64,000 nucleotides of DNA from a virus (IMGVR_UViG_2974508059_000001:1-64000); one strand, 5' to 3'. Numbered from the stretch's first letter, positions 1 through 7,021 are shown. The notes: generated by a model from the letters alone, not told the origin. Translations and numbers: made by a program.

Positions 1-249
1 ATGAACTTGTATTTGCTGAAACGACTTGATTCCGTTGACTACGATGAGTTTGATTCCATAGTCGTGGCTGCCTCTAACCGGGGTGCCGCGCGGGTAACTC
101 GTCCGGCGTTCGGACATTGGACTAGCTCTGGCTGTTATGAAGACGACTGTGACGGTAGCTGCGAAGAGGGCATTCGCCTGAGCGTTACTTGTATCGGTCG
201 GACTGACTTGCCAGCGGGCGTTATCCATGAGTCATTTTGTGCAGGCTAG
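1..249 (+). CDS. Small hypothetical phage protein (82 aa)
   Basis: ATG-started ORF followed directly by a GC hairpin. Confidence 0.7.
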   Translation: MNLYLLKRLDSVDYDEFDSIVVAASNRGAARVTRPAFGHWTSSGCYEDDCDGSCEEGIRLSVTCIGRTDLPAGVIHESFCAG

Positions 250-254
250 ATAAC

Positions 255-272
255 GGTGGGCTTCGGCCCACC
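255..272 (+). terminator. Hairpin GGTGGGC-TTCG-GCCCACC, probable terminator/processing stem
   Basis: Perfect 7-bp stem with UUCG loop after the stop codon; weak U tract. Confidence 0.55.
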
Positions 273-301
273 AATCTCTTGACTCTCTTTTCGAGACTCG
301 A

Positions 302-472
302 ATGAAATTGAAGACCAAGTTGTATATCGCGGCGGCATTGTTTTTCATGCTGCTCGGTCACTTTGTTGGCCGAATCATGACACTGTTCGGTATCGTCATC
401 GCTATCGGCTTTGTTGTCGTTCTGGCTTGGCCTGTCATCAAACGCTTCTTGCCTAACCGTAAGCGCGTCTGA
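302..472 (+). CDS. Small membrane protein, 56 aa, two predicted TM helices (not in ORF track)
   Basis: Hand translation MKLKTKLYIAAALFFMLLGHFVGRIMTLFGIVIAIGFVVVLAWPVIKRFLPNRKRV; basic ends flank two hydrophobic runs. Confidence 0.7.
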   Translation: MKLKTKLYIAAALFFMLLGHFVGRIMTLFGIVIAIGFVVVLAWPVIKRFLPNRKRV

Positions 473-533
473 TACGTACTGGGGTCGTTCCCTCCGTACG
501 CACTCTCTCAATCATCTAAGGTATAAATCAATC

Positions 534-1364
534 ATGAGAAAGTTACTCATTGGGGTATTGGCATTTTTAAGCTTTTCGGTCATGGCGGGCGAGAACGTCA
601 TCATCACCACAGGCCAGCAGGGTCTGACGTATAACTCCGTGTACGGGGTGAACTTAGCCGGTGCGTTGGCCGAGTTCGGTAACAAGTCGCAGGTCGTCCC
701 GTCCAAAGGGTCGCTGGATAACCTCGACAAAGTCGCGGCGAATGAAGCACAGGTTGGCTTCACGCAGGCAGATGCATTCCAGTTCTGGCGCGCTAAGCAC
801 CCGAACGAAGCGCAGAACGTAGACATCGTTGGCCAGTTAGCCCGCGAATGTGTCTGGGTAGCTGTGAAGCAGGATGGCAAAATTGGTAAAGCCGAAGAGC
901 TGACTAACGGTGCGAAGATTGCGGTCGGTGAACCCGATAGTGGCTCGTACGCCAGTTGGCAGTATCTGCAGCAACTGGTAAAAGAATACGGTAAAGCTGA
1001 GACCTACGCCAAAGGCGGTATCCGTTCACTGGCCAAAGTGGCAACCGGTGAATACGATGCATTCCTGTGGGTGTCGGCTCCGGGCAAACCCAATAAGTTT
1101 CTGGATGCGGTCAACCAAGACGGCTCTGGCTTAAAACTGATTGATATGTCCACGTGGAACGTGAACGACAAACTGCCGAACGGCCAGTCTGTGTACACCA
1201 AAGAGTCTGCTAAGGTGAATAACAACATCTGGAATAGCTCGGTGGATGTTCCGTGCACCACGACGCTCGTTGTTGCCAACAACAACAGTAGCGAAGACCT
1301 GCTTGAAGCGGTGTCGACGATTCTGCTGAAGAATCAGTCCCGTGTCCTCGGCACTGCGAAATAG
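534..1364 (+). CDS. TAXI-family (TRAP) periplasmic solute-binding protein
   Basis: Signal peptide MRKLLIGVLAFLSFSVMA; motifs TG..GLTY, SKGSLDNL, GFTQAD, AVGEPDSGS; start taken at ATG 534. Confidence 0.8.
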   Translation: MRKLLIGVLAFLSFSVMAGENVIITTGQQGLTYNSVYGVNLAGALAEFGNKSQVVPSKGSLDNLDKVAANEAQVGFTQADAFQFWRAKHPNEAQNVDIVGQLARECVWVAVKQDGKIGKAEELTNGAKIAVGEPDSGSYASWQYLQQLVKEYGKAETYAKGGIRSLAKVATGEYDAFLWVSAPGKPNKFLDAVNQDGSGLKLIDMSTWNVNDKLPNGQSVYTKESAKVNNNIWNSSVDVPCTTTLVVANNNSSEDLLEAVSTILLKNQSRVLGTAK

Positions 1365-1955
1365 TTATCTGACAATACGGCCGATGTGGGCTGATATCCC
1401 CATCGCGACGGAACGCGAGATTGCTGTTATCGCGAAGCGTAGACCGCAAGCAGACCCGTAAGCCTTGCGCAGCCGGGACACACAAAGCACTATTGCTCCG
1501 GCGGTAGGTGTCCCGTCCGTTCACAACTTATTCGATGAGCGAAACATGATAAGAGCCTTTGTGCAACATGCTCTTGGCCTTCTTCGGAATGTCATCAGCA
1601 ACCTGCGCATCTGGAGGCTCGATACTTATTGGTTATCAGGCTGTGGGACTGTACGCCATAAACCTTTTTCAGGACGCAAGTCCTCAACTCCGGCGCACGT
1701 CGTGAAGGACGAAGGTCAAGCACCGGCCCATTAAGCCGACTCGCTGACAAAAGCAACCTTCACCCACAATTTGAAAATAACTGATGGGATTGAGTTCCCA
1801 GATGCGAAAGAGTAGCTGTGTGCTACTGAGCACCTCCCCGGGACTGCTAAGCAGCGGGGGAATAGGGCCAACAGGAAAGTAATCGGAGGGGATGGCTCGA
1901 GAGACATTAGCCCGCGGGCACTGTTACTCACGACCTGCATCCCCTCCTGTTTAAA
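1365..1955 (+). ncRNA. Putative structured ncRNA region (several multi-stem modules), unassigned family
   Basis: About 590 nt with no credible ORF; stems CGGGACAC/GTGTCCCG, AAGAGC/GCTCTT, AGGAC-GCAA-GTCCT, AGTAGC/GCTACT, GGAGGGGATG/CATCCCCTCC. Confidence 0.5.
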
Positions 1956-1975
1956 GATGAGTTAGTATATATGTT

Positions 1976-2051
1976 GCAGGCATAGCTCAGTTGGTAGAGC
2001 ATCTGATTTCCAATCAGAGGGTCGTCAGTTCGAACCTGACTGTCTGCTCCA
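1976..2051 (+). tRNA. tRNA-Gly(TCC)
   Basis: Cloverleaf; anticodon arm TCTGA-TTTCCAA-TCAGA; TTCGAA T-loop; encoded CCA. Confidence 0.95.
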
Positions 2052-2150
2052 GAAATGTAATTACAGGTTTACACTGTATTATGTACAAGACATGTGCGCT
2101 TAGCTAAACTGTTGCAAAAATAACAGGTTATCTCAGTACATATGTGCAAT

Positions 2151-2233
2151 GGTTGTGTCACGTTGGCGTGAGTTGGGTTTACGGCAGGCAAACGGACGTA
2201 AGCTCTTCGTGGTTCAATTCCACAGCACAGCCC
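2151..2233 (+). ncRNA. tRNA-like RNA with enlarged anticodon-position arm
   Basis: Acceptor GGTTGTG/CACAGCC, D-like CACG-TTGG-CGTG, 9-bp arm with 13-nt loop, T-arm GTGG-TTCAATT-CCAC; no CCA. Confidence 0.6.
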
Positions 2234-2255
2234 TCTTGTTATGTAAAAGAATTCT

Positions 2256-2340
2256 GGCGGGTTACTCAAGCGGCAACGAGAGCAGACTGTAAATCTGTTG
2301 ACTTCGGTCTTCGGTGGTTCGAGTCCACCACACGCCACCA
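2256..2340 (+). tRNA. tRNA-Tyr(GTA)
   Basis: Anticodon arm GCAGA-CTGTAAA-TCTGT, long variable arm, CCA end. Confidence 0.95.
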
Positions 2341-2345
2341 GTTAT

Positions 2346-2420
2346 ACACCCATCGTCTAGCGGTTAGGACCGCTGCCTTTCGAGCAGTTAACCGGGGTTC
2401 AAATCCCCGTGGGTGTACCA
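2346..2420 (+). tRNA. tRNA-Glu(TTC) copy 1 (loop CTTTCGA)
   Basis: Acceptor ACACCCA/TGGGTGT, T-loop TTCAAAT, CCA end. Confidence 0.9.
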
Positions 2421-2423
2421 AAC

Positions 2424-2499
2424 ATTCCCGTCATCTAGTTGGTAAGGATACGACACTTTCACTGTCGGTACACGAGTTCGAGTCTCGTCGGGAATACCA
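2424..2499 (+). tRNA. tRNA-Glu(TTC) copy 2 (loop CTTTCAC)
   Basis: Acceptor ATTCCCG/CGGGAAT, anticodon arm CGACA/TGTCG, CCA end. Confidence 0.93.
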
Positions 2500-2509
2500 A
2501 ACACAAGAC

Positions 2510-2617
2510 CGTAACCCTGCGGTGTGGTTAGTCGCCACTACTAGCGGTTACGCGATGCCCACTGCTGCGGGGTGTGTGATAGTGAGGTGGTTGACCCCAC
2601 CAAGCGAGCAGCGAGCA
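2510..2617 (+). ncRNA. Putative two-hairpin structured RNA between tRNA-Glu and tRNA-Trp
   Basis: Stems CGTAACC/GGTTACG, GTGG/CCAC, TGCTGC/GCAGCG, GGTGG/CCACC. Confidence 0.4.
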
Positions 2618-2622
2618 ATTTT

Positions 2623-2698
2623 AGGGAAGTAGTTCAATTGGTAGAGCGTCGGTCTCCAAAACCGGTTGTTGGAGGTTCGAGTCCTCTCTTCCCTGCCA
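2623..2698 (+). tRNA. tRNA-Trp(CCA)
   Basis: Anticodon loop CTCCAAA, TTCGAG T-loop, CCA end. Confidence 0.95.
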
Positions 2699-2704
2699 AA
2701 CAGT

Positions 2705-2781
2705 AGGACTGTAGCTCAGACGGTTAGAGTGCCGCCCTGTCACGGCGGAGGTCGCGGGTTCGAAACCCGTCAGTCCTGCCA
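2705..2781 (+). tRNA. tRNA-Asp(GTC)
   Basis: Anticodon arm CCGCC-CTGTCAC-GGCGG, G discriminator, CCA. Confidence 0.95.
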
Positions 2782-2786
2782 TATCT

Positions 2787-2876
2787 GGAGAATTGGATGA
2801 GTGGCTTAAGTCGCTCCCCTGCTAAGGGAGTGTATCCGAAAGGGTACCGTTGGTTCGAATCCAACATTCTCCGCCA
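2787..2876 (+). tRNA. tRNA-Ser(GCT)
   Basis: Anticodon arm CTCCC-CTGCTAA-GGGAG, long variable arm, CCA. Confidence 0.95.
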
Positions 2877-2882
2877 TTACAA

Positions 2883-3038
2883 TGACACCCGCACCTCAAA
2901 ACCCTGGGTATTGCACCCAGAAAAAGAGTGCTGGCAGCCAATAAAGGCATCCGTTAGTAACCGTAGCCTTCGGGCGTAGATGGTGAAGACCGCCAAGTGC
3001 AGCCTTTAGAACTCCGTGGGATTCGGAGGGGTGTCACC
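2883..3038 (+). ncRNA. About 155-nt expanded tRNA-like RNA (acceptor + T-arm geometry with large inserts)
   Basis: GACACCC/GGGTGTC closing stem stacked on CTCCG-TGGGATT-CGGAG, followed by A-CC; internal stems CTGGGT/ACCCAG and TAAAGGC/GCCTTTA. Confidence 0.55.
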
Positions 3039-3049
3039 TACACACGTTA

Positions 3050-3163
3050 AAAGGATCATCCTCCTTGGGCGAAACCAATGGGCGCGCGGGGTGTATAGTC
3101 TGGGGCAAAGCAATCCCAGATGAGTCGTCTGACGTTAACTCGTCAGGGGGCAAGCGGCCACAC
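3050..3163 (+). ncRNA. Putative multibranch structured RNA
   Basis: TTGG-GCGAAA-CCAA, TCTGGG/CCCAGA, CTGACG/CGTCAG, closing TGGGCGC/GCGGCCA. Confidence 0.4.
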
Positions 3164-3169
3164 AATTTC

Positions 3170-3245
3170 TCAACGGTAAGCAAAACTGTGATGCACTGTG
3201 CTCGCGAACAGATTAGGTGGGTTAGAATCCCATAACCGTTGACCC
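3170..3245 (+). ncRNA. Non-canonical/pseudo tRNA with 8-nt anticodon loop (CGC-like)
   Basis: TCAACGGT/ACCGTTGA acceptor, GCA/TGC D stem, CTGT-GCTCGCGA-ACAG, GTGGG-TTAGAAT-CCCAT T-arm. Confidence 0.6.
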
Positions 3246-3251
3246 TTTTAT

Positions 3252-3327
3252 TGGTGATTAGTTCAGTCGGTAGAACAGTGGACTGTTAATCCATATGTCG
3301 CAGGTTCGATTCCTGCATCACCAGCCA
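3252..3327 (+). tRNA. tRNA-Asn(GTT)
   Basis: Anticodon arm GTGGA-CTGTTAA-TCCAT, G discriminator, CCA. Confidence 0.95.
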
Positions 3328-3329
3328 CC

Positions 3330-3750
3330 TTTGCTCTGAGATAACTGTGAATGGCATTCCGGAAAAATTTCATTCAACCTAACACGTGCGGTCGTCTCAG
3401 CGCAAAACCCTTTCGGGATAGTGAACCCTGCAGACCGGTGTGCTTGCATATCGGGTGTCCGCTATCCCGGACCTAATACAGACAGAAGCCGAATAGGTTT
3501 TTCTACTGCACATACGCCCAGAGCCATTACGGGCTTTTGTCTGTACCAAATAGGGCATGGAGAGAGGTTGGTGATAATAGGCCGCCCTGTCTGTGTCCGT
3601 CCCCGTTTGTCGGGTAGGTAGTTCGCTTCCCCCCAAGGATGCTAGCTGTGTCAGCCTGCCCGGCAATCCAAATTAGCGCGCTTGCTAATGAGTGTCTGAA
3701 CCTGACCCGTCGGATACTGCCCAGGTAGTTAGAAAGACTTCGACCACACC
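3330..3750 (+). ncRNA. Tandem series of 55-80-nt closed stem-loop modules, unassigned
   Basis: Closing stems CTGAGA/TCTCAG, CGGGATAG/CTATCCCG, TACAGACAGAAGCC/GGCTTTTGTCTGTA, TTGTCGGGTAGGT/GCCTGCCCGGCAA, with G-U pairs. Confidence 0.5.
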
Positions 3751-3757
3751 AGGGTAC

Positions 3758-3780
3758 CCCCTCTCCGTTTTGGAGAGGGG
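3758..3780 (+). terminator. Strong hairpin ending the RNA island
   Basis: CCCCTCTCC-GTTTT-GGAGAGGGG. Confidence 0.55.
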
Positions 3781-3799
3781 AATACTCTATTTTATTTCG

Positions 3800-3819
3800 G
3801 ATAGATATTATCTCTGTGA
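3800..3819 (+). promoter_or_regulatory. Early (vRNAP-type) promoter motif
   Basis: GATAGATATTAT-N5-TGA; 8 copies in the window. Confidence 0.7.
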
Positions 3820-3866
3820 ACGAAGATGTATTCACTTTAATCGACTGATCACAGAGGCCAGTAAAA

Positions 3867-4922
3867 ATGAAAAATCGTCACTTCAGTAATACCCGCAACG
3901 GTGCACCTAAGATTGATGCACTGAGCAGCTTGCAAGGCTTAGGCTACACAGCACTCCAGGCAAAGAATATTCGCATGTGGCTTCCTCGCCAGTTCGGCAT
4001 GGGTGGTCTGGCATTACCTCGGGCTAACTACGAGTTCTGGAAAGCCTACGAGATTGTCAAGGACATGCAGCAGTACCGCAAGACCAATGCCCTCTCTTTA
4101 CAATTCGCGGGCTACGCAAAGGGCCGTACCGTATTCCAGTTCACGGATAACGAGTTCTTGGAGTACCGCAGTCCGACACTGCACTCAACGGTGTGGTCAT
4201 TGGAGTTTGTGCGTCACTTTGGTAACGGCCTGTGGCGTAGTAGCACGGATGCCTTTGAAGGTGGTCCACGCCAGCTTGAGTACATCGGGGATAACCTGCG
4301 TTTGAAGCGTGGCGAGTTGGCAACCCGTATCGTGGAGATGGAAGCCACACAGACGGTGTACGACCTTAACGCAGACGGCGGCTACTTACCCCGTAACCTC
4401 GAACGCTACACCGAGAACGCGCGTGAGTCCATCGCTACGCTGTTCACCATGGCAGCGGTGTGTCACAGTAACCTGACGCTGAAAAGCGGCTGGAACCTCA
4501 ACCCAGAGCGTCTGTGTTTCACCAAGTACCAGCACTGCGATTCACATCGCTTAGCGTTTGCCATCGGTAAACTCTGTGAGCTTTACCCACAGAAGGAGCA
4601 GTCGATTCGCAGTCACGTGATTCGGATTATGCAGACCCCGAACCACATTCAACTGATGAACGATGACTTTATCCCCGGGGTGTATCATGAAGGTGGAAAC
4701 GTACTCGCGGTGGAACAACCAAATTTCGTTCTCAGTCCCGCCGGGAGTTTTATTCCGAGTGCCTTACAAGGAAGTCTGCCTGCCTTCTTTGTGAACCTAC
4801 CTTTCGCGTACGGGCCAAGCACCACCATCAACAAGCCGATGTTGTTTGTACCGAAAGAGTTGCGGGACGCCCACACCGAAGAAGAGTGGATTCTCGGTGC
4901 TCGCTTGTTCTTTAAACTGTAA
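3867..4922 (+). CDS. Hypothetical early protein (351 aa)
   Basis: GAGG RBS, upstream promoter motif, downstream terminator; no recognised domain. Confidence 0.85.
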   Translation: MKNRHFSNTRNGAPKIDALSSLQGLGYTALQAKNIRMWLPRQFGMGGLALPRANYEFWKAYEIVKDMQQYRKTNALSLQFAGYAKGRTVFQFTDNEFLEYRSPTLHSTVWSLEFVRHFGNGLWRSSTDAFEGGPRQLEYIGDNLRLKRGELATRIVEMEATQTVYDLNADGGYLPRNLERYTENARESIATLFTMAAVCHSNLTLKSGWNLNPERLCFTKYQHCDSHRLAFAIGKLCELYPQKEQSIRSHVIRIMQTPNHIQLMNDDFIPGVYHEGGNVLAVEQPNFVLSPAGSFIPSALQGSLPAFFVNLPFAYGPSTTINKPMLFVPKELRDAHTEEEWILGARLFFKL

Positions 4923-4929
4923 TACGAGA

Positions 4930-4954
4930 AAGAGCCTGCGGGCTCTTTTTTTTT
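4930..4954 (+). terminator. Intrinsic terminator
   Basis: AGAGCC-TGCG-GGCTCT plus long T run. Confidence 0.8.
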
Positions 4955-5004
4955 CTTTTTTTACTTCATGCATGATTTCTTATAGAAGGCGATAGGAGAC
5001 CTCA

Positions 5005-5403
5005 ATGCAAACCACATCTAGCTTTTTCGAATTACTTGAAAAGGGCATCAAGCCAAACGACTTTATCGAACGTTCACGTATCGACGAGATTCACTCTGAC
5101 GTCATGGAAGTCATGGGCAGTCTGCCTATGTTCCAGAGTTGGATTGCAAGCCTAAAGCTCAGCGATGAGATGGCAATGCGTGACGGGGCCGATGTGCCTG
5201 TTTATACCACACAGTACAATATTTCCACCGCCGAAGCCGGTGCAATGCGCAATAACCCGAAAGTGGGTTTACGTTTCTTTGCGTCCATGGCACAGGCGTT
5301 GGTCGATCGTGCGATTCCTTGTGATGAAGTTTTTGCTATCGTAACAGACTGCATCCATTCCTTGGCCTACGCTACGGGTAACCGTATCGAGAACGTCCAC
5401 TAA
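5005..5403 (+). CDS. Hypothetical protein (132 aa)
   Basis: AGGAG RBS; TTAC-N16-TATAG upstream. Confidence 0.8.
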   Translation: MQTTSSFFELLEKGIKPNDFIERSRIDEIHSDVMEVMGSLPMFQSWIASLKLSDEMAMRDGADVPVYTTQYNISTAEAGAMRNNPKVGLRFFASMAQALVDRAIPCDEVFAIVTDCIHSLAYATGNRIENVH

Positions 5404-5471
5404 GTTTTTTACGGCACCCGGTCTCATTATAGGGAAGTGTGTGCTGTAGCTTCTCTCAAGGAGACCTTATC

Positions 5472-5858
5472 ATGAGCATCAAAGTTCGACCGATGGACGT
5501 TATACGCGCCCATCCGGATTCTTTGGCTAATATTGAGCCAACGTCAGAACTGGACAAAGAACTCCTGAATTCTATTCAGTGGGGTTTTGCTTTGCACCCA
5601 GATGAAGCTGACAATACCCATCCAATGGAAATCCCGAAAGGGTCAACCATTGACTGGTCTGAAACAGACAATTGTGAAGACGTTACCCAATTCGTACGTC
5701 AAGCAACTGTGCCCCCGCGGTATCCTATCGCCGGTGCGGCAGAGCACGTTATCTCCCTGCGTCGCGTTATCAACGCGCAGGAGGCAATCGTGCGTGAGGG
5801 CGTGGCGTGGCAGCATGGCACCACTGCACACCTTAAAGATATCTTTCAGCCCGGTTAA
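5472..5858 (+). CDS. Hypothetical protein (128 aa)
   Basis: AAGGAG RBS before ATG 5472; terminator follows. Confidence 0.8.
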   Translation: MSIKVRPMDVIRAHPDSLANIEPTSELDKELLNSIQWGFALHPDEADNTHPMEIPKGSTIDWSETDNCEDVTQFVRQATVPPRYPIAGAAEHVISLRRVINAQEAIVREGVAWQHGTTAHLKDIFQPG

Positions 5859-5914
5859 GTGATACCCTGCTCACTGGGCAGGGTTTTCTTATTTCTACTG
5901 ACCGAGGAGTGTTT

Positions 5915-6127
5915 GTGCGTATCTTCAAAGTGATGTTCGTTTGGGGTCTGTTTAGTTTCTTTCTGACCGCGATAATCACTGTTCCGATTGGCTTTCGGTT
6001 ATTGAATCCAGAGCGACCATTTGCCGCCACCTGTATTGGTGCACTGGTGAGTTTGTTGCTGGCCGATATCTTTCACCGCGTTTATAACTACTACACATTT
6101 GCAATGTTAAAATACACCCGCATGTAA
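5915..6127 (+). CDS. Small membrane protein (two hydrophobic segments)
   Basis: GAGGAG RBS, GTG start, hydrophobic runs. Confidence 0.65.
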   Translation: MRIFKVMFVWGLFSFFLTAIITVPIGFRLLNPERPFAATCIGALVSLLLADIFHRVYNYYTFAMLKYTRM

Positions 6128-6208
6128 GACCTGTCTTCGGACAGGTCAACGTGTTTTTATTTTTTGCATTAAAAAAGAAAAGACTGCCCACCTTTCGGCG
6201 GGCAGTGC

Positions 6209-7021
6209 TTAGGCGGTGAAACGACCACCGGACATGTAGTTGAAACGGTCACCGATGTCATCGTTGTGAACCATACAGCGACGCACTTTCGGTATCAGGT
6301 CATCGAACATTTGACCGGCATCGGAATACGTCTGAATCACATCCGCAAAGGCACCGAACTGCATACCGTTCTGTAACTGCCCGGCATCCATATCGAAGAT
6401 GAGCTTGCTGTGGATATAACCCTTACAGGCATACTCCGCCAGTTCCTCAACAATCGGGAAGAAGGCCGGTTTGATTTCGTTCAGCTCTTCGGTCATGGCG
6501 AACTGCGCCATAATCTTCGTGGCGTAAACAAACATCCCCGGGTCTTTTATCACGATAGCGTTCGGGCCTGCGATGCGCACCTCAGCAGATGAGATGCGGG
6601 GCATTGCAGAGTTACTGTCAACGATTTTGTTAACCGAGGCCAGCACACCCGAAGACACCCCATCCAAATACGACCCTGCCGGGGGGAGCGTGTACGCCTG
6701 TCCAGCGACGGGGGTTACTGCAACGTGGGCGGCAACCAGTTCACGACCACCGGTGATTTGCTCATCGATGAAGTACACACGACTGTACTGGTCAATCGGA
6801 TCGGGTTCGTACGTTGCCGAGGTCAGGTCGATTTCCATGTACTGACCAATTCGGGCTACTTCGGGAATGACAAACTCACGCAACACGCGGTTCATTATCT
6901 CATTGTCGACACTACTCGCAATCCCCAGAAGTTTTAAATTGTCGGGGACAAAAGCCGCCCGCAAGATAGGTTCGGGTATCTTGCGACGGATACGACGTAG
7001 GCAAGCATCTAACACATTCAT
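6209..7021 (-). CDS. Conserved phiKZ-like virion protein (about 270 aa)
   Basis: GAGGAG RBS before ATG 7021; convergent hairpin 6183-6206; N-terminus and position recalled from phiKZ-like structural genes. Confidence 0.7.
   Translation of the reverse strand: MNVLDACLRRIRRKIPEPILRAAFVPDNLKLLGIASSVDNEIMNRVLREFVIPEVARIGQYMEIDLTSATYEPDPIDQYSRVYFIDEQITGGRELVAAHVAVTPVAGQAYTLPPAGSYLDGVSSGVLASVNKIVDSNSAMPRISSAEVRIAGPNAIVIKDPGMFVYATKIMAQFAMTEELNEIKPAFFPIVEELAEYACKGYIHSKLIFDMDAGQLQNGMQFGAFADVIQTYSDAGQMFDDLIPKVRRCMVHNDDIGDRFNYMSGGRFTA

Noticed and set aside
1590-1665. SAM-I-like fragments (CAGCAACC, TTATCA..GGGACTG)
   Set aside because: Elements are in the wrong order and P1 cannot be formed
3697-3736. 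TPP riboswitch-like string GAACCTGA..GGATACTGCC
   Set aside because: The upstream GGG..CUGAGA element is missing at the required distance, and no thiamine gene follows
1365-3780. CRISPR array, tmRNA, RNase P RNA or group I/II intron
   Set aside because: No direct repeats, no tag ORF with a G3-U70 tRNA-like domain, no GAGGAAAGUCC core or domain V recognisable by eye; a covariance search is still needed
1465-3889. ORF-track ORFs across the RNA island (1465-1734, 2144-2632, 2797-2979, 3421-3621 etc.)
   Set aside because: No RBS, atypical composition, and they overlap clear tRNAs or stems
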